Source: an uncultured SAR86 cluster bacterium (lineage in GTDB: Bacteria > Pseudomonadota > Gammaproteobacteria > Magnimaribacterales > D2472). Taken from it: DNA of 64,000 nt. The notes under the pieces are model-generated. The model did not search any database. It was not told the DNA's origin and saw only the letters and a list, made by a program, of their open reading frames with translations. This document shows, in pieces, positions 20,966 through 29,784 of this stretch (position 1 is the first letter of the stretch; the number at the start of each line of letters is the position of its first letter). The DNA lies in contig CACBPP010000003.1 in assembly GCA_902541175.1 (NCBI GenBank), positions 9,765 through 73,764 of the forward strand. The letters run 5' to 3'. Position numbers and translations under genes: made by a program.

Positions 20966-23068
20966 GTGGAAAATAATAAATTAGAATCTACAAGTGTAGT
21001 ATTTCAGTATGGAAATCAGGAAGTAAAATTAGAAACAAATAAAGTTGCCAGACAGGCAACAGCAGCAGTAATGGTTACGATCGGTGACTTAGTAGTTCTT
21101 ACTACTGTTGTTGCAAAAAAAGAAGCAGATCCAAGTAAAGATTTCTTTCCGCTAGCAGTCTTTTATCAAGAAAAGTTTTATGCAACAGGCAGAATTCCCG
21201 GAGGATTTTTTAAAAGAGAGGCTAGGCCAACAGAAAGAGAGACTCTTACATCAAGACTTATTGATCGCCCAATTAGACCAATGTTTCCTGATCATTTTAC
21301 AAATGAAATACAAGTTTTCTGTACAGTAATGTCCTCAGATAAAAAACAGAATCCTGATATTGCAGCAATGATTGGAGCATCAGCTGCTTTAACCATTTCG
21401 GGTGTTCCATTTGATGGACCAATGGGAGCAGCTCGAGTTGGATTTATAAATGGTGAATATGTTCTAAATCCTAGCTTTGAAGAATTAGAAGATTCATATT
21501 TAGACATGGTAGTTGCTGGCACTGATGAAGCTGTTCTTATGGTTGAATCAGAAGCTAAAGAATTAAATGAAGATTTAATGCTAGGAGCTGTTTTATTTGG
21601 ACATCAAGAAATGAAAGCTGTTATTGAAGCATGTAATGAATTGAAAGAAAAAGCTGGTAATGAAATCTGGAATATTGAAGTTCCTGAAGATCAAAATAAT
21701 TATTATCAAGAGTTAGAGACAAACTATAAATCACAAATTAGTGAAGCTTTTAAAATTTCCATAAAATCAGATCGAAATGATGCTTTAAGAGAAATAAGAA
21801 ATCAAATTCAAGAACAGCATGAAGATTTAGATGAAATGGAAATGGGTAAATTAATGGGTGATTTTAAGAAATTAGAAAAAGATATTGTTAGAGGAAATAT
21901 CTTAAATAATCAGCCACGAATTGATGGAAGAGATCTTGATACTGTAAGACCAATTTTTGTTGAAACTGATGTATTACCTGGAGCTCATGGATCAGCTCTT
22001 TTTACAAGAGGCGAAACCCAAGCAATAGTTGTAGCTACTCTCGGATCATCAAGAGATGCTCAAAGAATTGAGTCAATTGAGGGTGAGGGTACTGACAATT
22101 TCATGCTGCATTATAATTTTCCCGCTTATAGTGTTGGAGAAATAGGAATGCCAATGGGGCCAAAGAGACGAGAAATTGGTCATGGCAACTTAGCTAAAAG
22201 AGCTATAAAAGCAGTTTTACCAGATGTTGATGAATTTGGATATACGATGAGAGTAGTTTCTGAAATTACAGAATCTAACGGATCAAGTTCAATGGCATCA
22301 GTTTGCGGAACTTCTTTATCACTTATGGATGCTGGAGTTCCACTTTCAAGTCCAGTCGCAGGTATTGCAATGGGATTAATAAAAGAAGGTGATGATTTTG
22401 CTGTTTTGACAGATATATTGGGTGATGAAGATCATCTTGGGGATATGGACTTTAAAGTTGCTGGTACAGAATCAGGTATAACAGCTCTTCAAATGGACAT
22501 AAAGATTTCAGGTATTAATGAATCTATTATGGATACAGCTCTCACAAAAGCCAAAGCTGCAAGAGATCATATTCTTGGAATTATGAATGAAGCTATATCA
22601 AAGCCTAAAGAATTATCTGAAAATGCGCCTGCTATGAAATCATTCATGGTGGATAAAGATAAGATCAAAGAAATTATTGGTAAAGGTGGCGCTACTATTA
22701 AATCTATGCAAGAACAAACTGGCGCGACTGTTGACGTAAATGATGACGGAGTTGTTTCTGTATTTGGACAAAATCAATCATCCATGAAAGCATGTCTAGC
22801 AATTATTGAAGAAATTCTTGAGGAACCTGAATTAAATAAGGTTTATAAAGGAAAAGTTGTAAAGATTGTAGAATTTGGCGCTTTTGTAAATATTCTGCCA
22901 GGTAAAGATGGATTGCTGCACATATCTGAAATTTCTGAAGAAAGAACTGAAAACGTTGAAGACGTTCTTGAAGAGGGACAAGAGCTAGATGTAAAGTTAA
23001 TTGGTTTTGACAGAGGTAAAATGAAGCTCTCAATGAAAGCTTTATCAGAAAAGACTAGAGAATCTTAA
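20966..23068 (+). CDS. pnp: polyribonucleotide nucleotidyltransferase (PNPase)
   Basis: 700 aa, GTG start after AGAAGGAAA. Two RNase PH domains, then KH (GKGGATIK) and S1 ([30 protein letters not shown]) domains. Confidence 0.97.
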   Translation: MENNKLESTSVVFQYGNQEVKLETNKVARQATAAVMVTIGDLVVLTTVVAKKEADPSKDFFPLAVFYQEKFYATGRIPGGFFKREARPTERETLTSRLIDRPIRPMFPDHFTNEIQVFCTVMSSDKKQNPDIAAMIGASAALTISGVPFDGPMGAARVGFINGEYVLNPSFEELEDSYLDMVVAGTDEAVLMVESEAKELNEDLMLGAVLFGHQEMKAVIEACNELKEKAGNEIWNIEVPEDQNNYYQELETNYKSQISEAFKISIKSDRNDALREIRNQIQEQHEDLDEMEMGKLMGDFKKLEKDIVRGNILNNQPRIDGRDLDTVRPIFVETDVLPGAHGSALFTRGETQAIVVATLGSSRDAQRIESIEGEGTDNFMLHYNFPAYSVGEIGMPMGPKRREIGHGNLAKRAIKAVLPDVDEFGYTMRVVSEITESNGSSSMASVCGTSLSLMDAGVPLSSPVAGIAMGLIKEGDDFAVLTDILGDEDHLGDMDFKVAGTESGITALQMDIKISGINESIMDTALTKAKAARDHILGIMNEAISKPKELSENAPAMKSFMVDKDKIKEIIGKGGATIKSMQEQTGATVDVNDDGVVSVFGQNQSSMKACLAIIEEILEEPELNKVYKGKVVKIVEFGAFVNILPGKDGLLHISEISEERTENVEDVLEEGQELDVKLIGFDRGKMKLSMKALSEKTRES

Positions 23069-23206
23069 TAATTTCCACTTTTATTCTATTAATTTTAAAA
23101 AGTCAAATATTGTGTCCTAATTTTTTTCACATAATTTGATTCATGTATTAATTTGTGGTTCCATTACACCTGCGTACATAAATAAACCTAATAGGGGGGA
23201 GTAATT

Positions 23207-23428
23207 ATGAAAGCAATTGATACACTTAAAGGCATAGTATCTGACTTAACTTCACTATTAATTGGTGTTGTTGGATTAGGTGTTGTTGCTGGTATTGTAT
23301 TTGGCGGCAATGTTGCATTCTTCAATGATGTTCTTGATGGACTTCTTGGAGTAGTCACAGTGCTTGGCGAAAACGGATTAGTAGGGCTTTTAGTAGCTGC
23401 TATTCTGATCGGTTTACTTAATAAGTAA
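23207..23428 (+). CDS. small glycine-rich hydrophobic membrane protein, unknown function (paralog 1)
   Basis: 73 aa with two predicted hydrophobic segments and glycine-zipper-like GVVGLGVVAGIVFGG. Strong SD TAGGGGGGAG 6 nt upstream. Followed by a palindrome and a strong hairpin. Paralogous to the next ORF. Confidence 0.6.
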   Translation: MKAIDTLKGIVSDLTSLLIGVVGLGVVAGIVFGGNVAFFNDVLDGLLGVVTVLGENGLVGLLVAAILIGLLNK

Positions 23429-23440
23429 GCTTACTTAAAA

Positions 23441-23466
23441 TAAGAAGGGCCTTTAGGCCCTTCTTA
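23441..23466 (+). terminator. intrinsic terminator-like hairpin between the two small ORFs
   Basis: TAAGAAGGGCC-TTTA-GGCCCTTCTTA, an 11-bp perfect stem with a GC-rich core, followed by CTTT. Preceded by a 16-nt perfect palindrome TAAGTAAGCTTACTTA (23422..23437) spanning the stop codon. Confidence 0.7.
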
Positions 23467-23474
23467 CTTTAGCA

Positions 23475-23705
23475 ATGAAATATAAAACAATTTTAAATTC
23501 TATAAAGGATTTCTTAGTAAGGCTAACGGATGTTCTTGTTCCGGTAGTTTCTGTAGCATTATTACTTGGAATAATATTTGGACCTGAAGCTCCATTTGTT
23601 GGAGATGTATACAAAAATATATCTGACTTATTAAATCTTATTGGGTCTGATGGTCTTCTTGGGCTTGTAGCTATTATTATTATTCTGGCATATCTTAAAA
23701 AGTAG
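23475..23705 (+). CDS. small hydrophobic membrane protein, unknown function (paralog 2)
   Basis: 76 aa. Aligns without gaps to paralog 1 at an offset of 3 residues, with about 19 identities by hand count and shared G-I-x-F-G, F-x-x-D-V and G-x-x-G-L-x-G-L. No obvious SD. Starts 8 nt after the hairpin. Confidence 0.5.
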   Translation: MKYKTILNSIKDFLVRLTDVLVPVVSVALLLGIIFGPEAPFVGDVYKNISDLLNLIGSDGLLGLVAIIIILAYLKK

Positions 23706-23708
23706 ATA

Positions 23709-23785
23709 TGGTGGCTATGGGTGGAATTGAACCACCGACCCCAGCGTTATGAGTGCTGTGCTCTAACCATCTGAGCTACATAGCC
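23709..23785 (-). tRNA. tRNA-Met (anticodon CAT), elongator type
   Basis: The reverse complement GGCTATGTAGCTCAGATGGTTAGAGCACAGCACTCATAACGCTGGGGTCGGTGGTTCAATTCCACCCATAGCCACCA closely resembles E. coli elongator tRNA-Met. A lysidine-modified tRNA-Ile2 cannot be fully excluded from sequence. Confidence 0.85.
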
Positions 23786-23828
23786 AATCGTTGAATGATA
23801 ATCTTTAAAAATAAAGAGTCAATTATTT

Positions 23829-24917
23829 TTATACATTAAATTTAAAGTGGATAATGTCTCCGTCTTTAACAACATATTCTTTTCCCTCAAGCCTCAACTT
23901 CCCTTTTTCTTTGGCTCCCTGTTCACCAGAACACTCAATAAAGTCATCGTAATCAATAACTTCAGCTTTAATGAATCCTCTTTCAAAATCTGTATGAATT
24001 ACCCCTGCAGCATTAGGTGCTGAAGAGCCACTCTTGATGGTCCAAGCCTTTATTTCGTTTGGACCAGCAGTGAAAAAGGTCTCAAGACCAAGCATTTTGT
24101 AACCTTCAAAAATAATTTTATTTAGAACCGGTTCTTCCATATCCATTAATTCAAGGTATTCCTTTTTTTCATCATCGTTGAGTAGTGATATTTCCTGTTC
24201 AATTTTTACTGATGTTGGTATCACAAAAGAACCTAATTTTGATGCAATATCTTTTAAATTATTTAGATTATCAAGAGATGCTTTTGACTCATTTATATTA
24301 GCAATATAAAAAGTTGGTTTAGATGATAAAAGTTGAAAGTTCCTAATAATTTTTTGTTCATCTTTACTAAATTCTTTTAGATTGATTAATTCACCTTCTG
24401 ATAGTTTACTTTTTATAAATTTTAAAATTTCATAATTATGTTTATTATCTTTATCATTAGTTTTTAGTAGTTTTTCACATCTTGATATTCTTTTTTCAAC
24501 AGATTCAAGATCAGCCATAATTAATTCTAAGTTAATTACTTCAACGTCTCTTGCTGGATTTATTGAACCATCTACATGCGTAATATTTTCATCATCAAAA
24601 CAACGAACGACGTGTGCCAAAGCTGTCATTTCTCTAATATTTGATAAAAAAGAATTTCCAAGTCCCTCTCCGCTGGATGCTCCTTTAACCAAACCTGCTA
24701 TATCTACTAAATCTAAAGCAGCATGAATAACCTTATTTGAATTTACTATTTTATTAATCTCATAGAGTCTTTTATCAGGAAGAGGTACTTTGCCAATGTT
24801 AGGATCTATGGTACAAAAAGGAAAATTTTCTGCAGGAATTTGAGACTTTGTGAGAGCATTAAATAGAGTTGATTTTCCAACATTTGGAAGTCCTATGATC
24901 CCGCATTTAAAACCCAT
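23829..24917 (-). CDS. ychF: ribosome-binding ATPase YchF
   Basis: 362 aa with MGFKCGIIGLPNVGKSTLFNALT and a C-terminal TGS-like domain. pth-ychF synteny. Confidence 0.95.
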   Translation of the reverse strand: MGFKCGIIGLPNVGKSTLFNALTKSQIPAENFPFCTIDPNIGKVPLPDKRLYEINKIVNSNKVIHAALDLVDIAGLVKGASSGEGLGNSFLSNIREMTALAHVVRCFDDENITHVDGSINPARDVEVINLELIMADLESVEKRISRCEKLLKTNDKDNKHNYEILKFIKSKLSEGELINLKEFSKDEQKIIRNFQLLSSKPTFYIANINESKASLDNLNNLKDIASKLGSFVIPTSVKIEQEISLLNDDEKKEYLELMDMEEPVLNKIIFEGYKMLGLETFFTAGPNEIKAWTIKSGSSAPNAAGVIHTDFERGFIKAEVIDYDDFIECSGEQGAKEKGKLRLEGKEYVVKDGDIIHFKFNV

Positions 24918-24919
24918 TT

Positions 24920-25486
24920 TTATTTGGTATGAAGGATTTTTTGTACGTCTTGATATTTTTTTTCAATAAGCAGTTCAAATACTTGCTCAAAAGCAGCATA
25001 GGCGTTATTGATTCCGATTTTTTCTTCTGGCGAGAATTTATTTAAAACCCAATTTGTTACTTCTTCTTTTATACCCGGATGGCTTATACCTATCCTAATT
25101 CTATTGAAATTGTTTTTTCCAGTTTTTTCTATAATATCCTTGAGGCCGTTATGACCACCGTGTCCTCCACCTTCTTTAAGCCTGATTGAGCCTAGACTTA
25201 GGTCTAAGTCATCATGAACAACAATACAATTTTGAATTTCTATATTAGTTAACCTTAATACCTTTGAAATTGTCCTTCCAGAATCATTCATGTAATTTGT
25301 AGGGACAACCCATAAAACTTTATTATCATGTGATTCTCCAATCAGTGCTTCAAGTTTTGACTTTTCTTTAAATTCTTTAAAGAATTTTTTGGATACATTA
25401 ATTACCCAGTCTTTTCCAATATTATGTCGAGAGTTATCATATTTTGGACTAGGATTACCTAATCCAATAATACAAAGATTGTACAT
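24920..25486 (-). CDS. pth: peptidyl-tRNA hydrolase
   Basis: Start moved from 25672 to the ATG at 25486 (MYNLCIIGLGNPSPKYDNSRHNIG...), which matches the canonical Pth N-terminus. The 62-codon upstream extension merely overlaps the rplY tail in another frame. Confidence 0.9.
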   Translation of the reverse strand: MYNLCIIGLGNPSPKYDNSRHNIGKDWVINVSKKFFKEFKEKSKLEALIGESHDNKVLWVVPTNYMNDSGRTISKVLRLTNIEIQNCIVVHDDLDLSLGSIRLKEGGGHGGHNGLKDIIEKTGKNNFNRIRIGISHPGIKEEVTNWVLNKFSPEEKIGINNAYAAFEQVFELLIEKKYQDVQKILHTK

Positions 25487-25490
25487 TTGA

Positions 25491-26207
25491 TTATGACTCT
25501 TCTGAATTTTCTTCTGAGCTTGATTCATCCGATGAAGCAGTCTCTTCGCTACCACTGTCAGAAGCTTCTTCACCTTCAGCAACTTCCCCATCTTCAATGT
25601 CTTCTTCAACAATTGGATCTTCTTCCACTGCTTTAGGAGCATTAACAGAAACAACCATCTGATCAGTTTCATCAGTCAGTCCTGGAATTTCTGATCCTTC
25701 TGGTAAAGATATTTCTGTGAGGCGAATAGAATCTCCTAAATTTAGATTTTCAATATCAACATCTATAGATTCAGGAATATTGCCAGCAAGACACATGATT
25801 TCAATTTCTCTAATCGCCTTAGCAACAACTCCACCATCTACCTTGACACCTGCACATTCTTCTTCATTTACAAAGTTTACTGGGATAATAACCTTTAGTT
25901 TAGTTTTACTAGAAACTCTTTGAAAGTCTGCATGAAGAAATTTACCCTTTGCAGGGTCTCTTTGGAGCTCTTTTAAAACAACTTTCTCCTCTTTACCTTC
26001 AGTTTTAATTAAAAGTACTTGAGTATAGAAAAGTTCATTTTCAGATGCTTTGGTTAATTCATTTAATTTTAATTTAATATTTAGTGTTTCTTTTTCATCA
26101 CCATAAACTATAGCTGGAACCATTCCATCGACATTTCTAATTTCACGAGCTTTATTTGTACCTGTTCTTTCTCTTAGGTCAGCATTTAATGTAATTTGAT
26201 CTGTCAT
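25491..26207 (-). CDS. rplY: 50S ribosomal protein L25, long Ctc form with acidic C-terminal tail
   Basis: 238 aa. N-terminal L25 domain (LNADLRERTGTNKAREIR..VPAIVYG) plus the Ctc beta-domain, then about 45 aa of Glu/Asp/Ser-rich tail. Confidence 0.9.
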   Translation of the reverse strand: MTDQITLNADLRERTGTNKAREIRNVDGMVPAIVYGDEKETLNIKLKLNELTKASENELFYTQVLLIKTEGKEEKVVLKELQRDPAKGKFLHADFQRVSSKTKLKVIIPVNFVNEEECAGVKVDGGVVAKAIREIEIMCLAGNIPESIDVDIENLNLGDSIRLTEISLPEGSEIPGLTDETDQMVVSVNAPKAVEEDPIVEEDIEDGEVAEGEEASDSGSEETASSDESSSEENSEES

Positions 26208-26215
26208 AATTTCCT

Positions 26216-27175
26216 CTATAAAAACATTTCACTCAATGACTCTTCATTACTTAGACGTGTTATACACTCAGCAATTATGTTAGCAATTGAAATGACGCGT
26301 ATTTTACTGCATTTTTTAGCGTCTTTGTTCAAAGGAATTGAATTTGTAACAATTAATTCGTCAATTTCAGATTTATTTAATCTTTCTATTGCTGGTCCAG
26401 ATAGAACTGGATGAGTAATATACGCTTTTACAGCTTTTGCACCTTTATCTTTTAATGCTTTTGCTGCATTACAAAGTGTTCCAGCAGTATCAATAATGTC
26501 ATCTGGAACTATACAAACCTTTCCTTCGACTTCGCCAATGATGTTCATAACCTCAGATTCATTTGCTACGGCTCTTCTTTTATCAATAATAGCTAAATCT
26601 GTATCATCTAATAATTTTGCAAGCGCTCTTGATCTTACAACTCCACCAACGTCTGGAGACACAACAACAACTTCATTTCTATCATTATTGTCTTTAATAT
26701 CGTCGACCATAAATTTTGTTGCATAAACATTGTCAGCAGGCATGTCAAAAAAGCCTTGAATTGTCTCTGAGTGAAGGTCAATAGTTAAAACTCTATCAAT
26801 ACCAACAGATGCAAACATATCAGCAACGACCTTTGCACTAATCGGAACTCTTGCAGATCTAACTCTTCTATCTTGTCTTGCATATCCATAATATGGAACA
26901 ACTGCAGTAATTCTTGAAGCCGATGATCTCTTTAATGCATCAGCAATTAACATTATTTCCATTACATTTTTATTAGTTGGAGAACAAGTAGATTGAATTA
27001 TGAAAGTATCATGACCTCTAACATTTTCTTCAATTTCTACCTTTAACTCTCCATCAGAAAAATAACCAACATCTGCTTTTGAGATTTTGATTCCTAGTAT
27101 TTCTGATACCTCTGATGCAAATTCAGGATTAGCAGTACCTGTAAAAATATCTAGGCCCTTGTTTATTTTATTCAT
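26216..27175 (-). CDS. prs: ribose-phosphate pyrophosphokinase
   Basis: 319 aa with [10 protein letters not shown] and the PRPP-binding loop [12 protein letters not shown]. Confidence 0.95.
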   Translation of the reverse strand: MNKINKGLDIFTGTANPEFASEVSEILGIKISKADVGYFSDGELKVEIEENVRGHDTFIIQSTCSPTNKNVMEIMLIADALKRSSASRITAVVPYYGYARQDRRVRSARVPISAKVVADMFASVGIDRVLTIDLHSETIQGFFDMPADNVYATKFMVDDIKDNNDRNEVVVVSPDVGGVVRSRALAKLLDDTDLAIIDKRRAVANESEVMNIIGEVEGKVCIVPDDIIDTAGTLCNAAKALKDKGAKAVKAYITHPVLSGPAIERLNKSEIDELIVTNSIPLNKDAKKCSKIRVISIANIIAECITRLSNEESLSEMFL

Positions 27176-27202
27176 ATATCCCCTTAAATATATTATAAAA
27201 CA

Positions 27203-27277
27203 TGGCTGGGGTGGTAGGATTCGAACCTACGCATGACGGGATCAAAACCCGTTGCCTTACCGCTTGGCGACACCCCA
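27203..27277 (-). tRNA. tRNA-Gln (anticodon TTG)
   Basis: The reverse complement TGGGGTGTCGCCAAGCGGTAAGGCAACGGGTTTTGATCCCGTCATGCGTAGGTTCGAATCCTACCACCCCAGCCA has anticodon loop TTTTGAT and is similar to E. coli tRNA-Gln. Confidence 0.92.
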
Positions 27278-27280
27278 ATG

Positions 27281-28099
27281 TTAGTTGATATTGCATATCG
27301 GCGAATATTGTAATGGTTTACAGAAAAAGAGTCTCCAATTACGTGGTATTTTTTTTATAATTTTATCAATATCACTTTCTACTTCATAGTAAATAAATAA
27401 AGAGGAACCACTTCCGCTTAGATTGATTTTGTTTTCTAAGCTGTTACTAAAAATAAACTCTTCAATATTGGGATTTTGATTTAAAAAAACATCCCAAAAG
27501 CTATTTTGTTTATTCAAAGCAATATTTTTTGCAAAATTCTTTGATTTATCATAAAGATTGAACATTTTTTTTGTAGAGGAATGAATATTTGGGTTAATAA
27601 CCAATATTTTTTTTGAAGTAGTTTTAATCTCTTCTAATTTATCTCCAATGCCTTCTCCAGATGCATTTTTACCATACACAAAAAATGGCACATCTGCTCC
27701 AATGGATGAAGCAATTTTTACTAAATCATGCTTATTTAAATTTAATCTCCAAAGTTTATTTAAAGCAACTAAGGTTGAAGCTGCATTTGAGCTAGCCCCT
27801 CCAAGACCAGACCCAGTAGGTATATTTTTTTTTACTTCAATGACCACTCCAGCATTTTCATTCATTAGTTTTTGCAATTTCTCTGCAGATTGATAAATAG
27901 TATTAAACTCATCATTAAGATAAGCTTCCTTCGATTCAATGGTTATATTTCGATCTCTATTTGATTTAAATTTTAAATGATCATAAATATCAATAAGTTG
28001 GTAATCTGTTTGTATGTTGTGGTAACCGTCTTCTCTTTTATCTAGTATTCTTAGATTAAGATTAATTTTTGCAGGACATTTTGTGACTATTTCATTCAT
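27281..28099 (-). CDS. ispE: 4-diphosphocytidyl-2-C-methyl-D-erythritol kinase
   Basis: 272 aa, GHMP kinase (CPAKINLNLRIL, KNIPTGSGLGGASSNAA). lolB-ispE-tRNA-Gln-prs synteny. Confidence 0.88.
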   Translation of the reverse strand: MNEIVTKCPAKINLNLRILDKREDGYHNIQTDYQLIDIYDHLKFKSNRDRNITIESKEAYLNDEFNTIYQSAEKLQKLMNENAGVVIEVKKNIPTGSGLGGASSNAASTLVALNKLWRLNLNKHDLVKIASSIGADVPFFVYGKNASGEGIGDKLEEIKTTSKKILVINPNIHSSTKKMFNLYDKSKNFAKNIALNKQNSFWDVFLNQNPNIEEFIFSNSLENKINLSGSGSSLFIYYEVESDIDKIIKKIPRNWRLFFCKPLQYSPICNIN

Positions 28100-28574
28100 T
28101 TTTAATTAAAAAGCCCTCAAAAGATGAACCCTTATATTGCATATAAAAATTTGTTTTATCCATATTTTTATAACATTCAATATTGAGACTTTCACCATCT
28201 TCAAATACCTCATCTAGATAACTTTGCCTTAATAGACAATTATTAACAATGTCTCCAATATTTCTTGGTATATCAGCATTAATCTCATAACTGCCATCCT
28301 TAGAAATATATTTCATCAAATTTGAAGAATTATCATATTTAATTTGTAATAAATTTCCATAAAATGGCTTATGAATCTGTATAATAGTTTCGTTTTCATT
28401 GCTAGTTAACAAAATATTAAATGACAATTGGTCATAATTAAGTGAATTTACAACTACTTTTCCTTTATATACAGCTGAATTGTTATAATTGTTAATACCA
28501 GCACAGGATGCTAATAAAATAAAACACAATGTAATAGAGACCTTTTTTACTATGGAACTACAGTTATTTGGCAT
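28092..28574 (-). CDS. lolB: outer-membrane lipoprotein LolB-like (short)
   Basis: 160 aa with lipobox LLASC|AG. The call rests mainly on the conserved position between ispE and divergent hemA. I cannot verify sequence similarity by eye. Confidence 0.55.
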   Translation of the reverse strand: MPNNCSSIVKKVSITLCFILLASCAGINNYNNSAVYKGKVVVNSLNYDQLSFNILLTSNENETIIQIHKPFYGNLLQIKYDNSSNLMKYISKDGSYEINADIPRNIGDIVNNCLLRQSYLDEVFEDGESLNIECYKNMDKTNFYMQYKGSSFEGFLIKNE

Positions 28575-29784
28575 TAATCACAAGACCTCAAATGTTGCTG
28601 AGAGGGAAAGGTTCATTATAAATGAGTCTAACCAAATTTTACTCGATAGTCATTTAAAAAAACTATTCGGTAATGATTTTGAATCATTTTTTGGAATTTC
28701 TACCTGCAATAGGACAGAAATATACCTTGTTGGAAGACCTGGTATCGCAAAACATATTTTTAAAGAAGTACTTAAATTATTAAATGTTAAAGATATCTCA
28801 AGTGATAGTTTTTATTTTCTATCTAATCATGATGCTCTTGCTCATATGTGCAAAGTAGCTTCTGGAATTGATTCACAGATATTAGGCGAACAAGAAATCT
28901 TTGGTCAATTTAAAACTGCTTTAAGAAATGCAAAAGAATACAAAATAATTGGCAATAAGTTATCTTATTTTGCTGATAAGGTTATTGAGATTGCAAAAAA
29001 AGCGAGGACTGATACTGAAATTGGACTTAATTCTCTTTCAGTAAGTGGACTTGCCATGAAATTGATTAAAAATATATTTGAGGCACCAGAAAATCAGAAT
29101 GTATTAGTTATTGGAGCTGGCTCACTTTCAAAGAGCGTTATTGAAAATTTATACGATAAAGGAATTCGCAATATTAAATTAGTTAATAGAACTGTTAAAA
29201 AAATTAATCTAGGTAAAAACTTTGAAATTTTGTCTTCTTCACTTGATTCACTTCACGATCAGCTTGAATTGGCTGATATTGTTATTTCATCATCAATAAC
29301 TGAAGTTCCTCTTATCGGTAAAGGAGCAATTGAAAATGCTTTGAAAGTCAGAAAAAATAAACCTATTTTATTGATAGACTTGGGAGTTCCAAGAAACATT
29401 GAAGATGAAATAAGAGGAATTGAACAGGCTTATTTATATTCAATAGATGACATTGAAAAAATTACTCAAGAAAATTTTGGGCAACGTTCAATTGAGGCTG
29501 AAAAAGCTATGAACATAATTGCTCTAGAATCCAAATCAAAATTGGAAGCTTTTTCAAAAAAATCTTCCAAAGACCTAGCAAGTCTTCAATTAGATCAATT
29601 TTTAAATAGTTTATCTAGCCATGAGATTCAACAATTTAAGACAAATGGTAATTATTCAAACCTAGTTGATTCAATTAAAAGCATGAATATAGCCAATAAA
29701 AATTTAAACGATTTTCAAGATTTAAAAAATTTAGATGATCATATAATTAAATCTATGATCAAAAGGTTTTTTAGTAATGCATGA
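28552..29784 (+). CDS. hemA: glutamyl-tRNA reductase
   Basis: Start moved from 28489 to the ATG at 28552 (MELQLFGINHKTSNVAERE...), the canonical HemA N-terminus. Contains STCNRTEIY and the NAD-binding GAGSLS. Confidence 0.9.
   Translation: MELQLFGINHKTSNVAERERFIINESNQILLDSHLKKLFGNDFESFFGISTCNRTEIYLVGRPGIAKHIFKEVLKLLNVKDISSDSFYFLSNHDALAHMCKVASGIDSQILGEQEIFGQFKTALRNAKEYKIIGNKLSYFADKVIEIAKKARTDTEIGLNSLSVSGLAMKLIKNIFEAPENQNVLVIGAGSLSKSVIENLYDKGIRNIKLVNRTVKKINLGKNFEILSSSLDSLHDQLELADIVISSSITEVPLIGKGAIENALKVRKNKPILLIDLGVPRNIEDEIRGIEQAYLYSIDDIEKITQENFGQRSIEAEKAMNIIALESKSKLEAFSKKSSKDLASLQLDQFLNSLSSHEIQQFKTNGNYSNLVDSIKSMNIANKNLNDFQDLKNLDDHIIKSMIKRFFSNA

Noticed and set aside
23069-23708. The idea that the small-ORF pair is a tiny genomic islet integrated at the adjacent tRNA-Met.
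   Set aside because: I found no direct repeat of the tRNA 3' end at the pnp-proximal boundary. There is no integrase or other mobility gene, and codon and base composition is not clearly foreign. It remains reported as an unknown-function pair, not as a mobile element.
23709-23785. The tRNA with a CAT anticodon as a possible tRNA-Ile2 (lysidine-modified).
   Set aside because: The acceptor and D-arm sequence (GGCTATGTAGCTCAGATGGTTAGAGCAC) follows E. coli elongator tRNA-Met, not ileX. It is kept as tRNA-Met with that caveat.
25487-25672. A 62-codon Lys/Leu-rich N-terminal extension of the pth ORF (MKLIRWLFLLMLLKQWKK...) that looks like an amphipathic peptide.
   Set aside because: It is an alternative-frame reading of the GA-rich acidic tail of rplY. 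The canonical Pth N-terminus (MYNLCIIGLGNP) starts at 25486, 4 nt after the rplY stop.
28489-28551. ORF-track N-terminal extensions of hemA (28489), rimP (15138), the acyl-CoA synthetase (33797), ibaG (49279), rplM (52881), rpsI (53303), rsmI (57933) and mraZ (59198).
   Set aside because: Homology to the known N-termini of these families places the starts at internal ATGs. The extensions run into neighbouring genes, tRNA terminator sequence or operator repeats.
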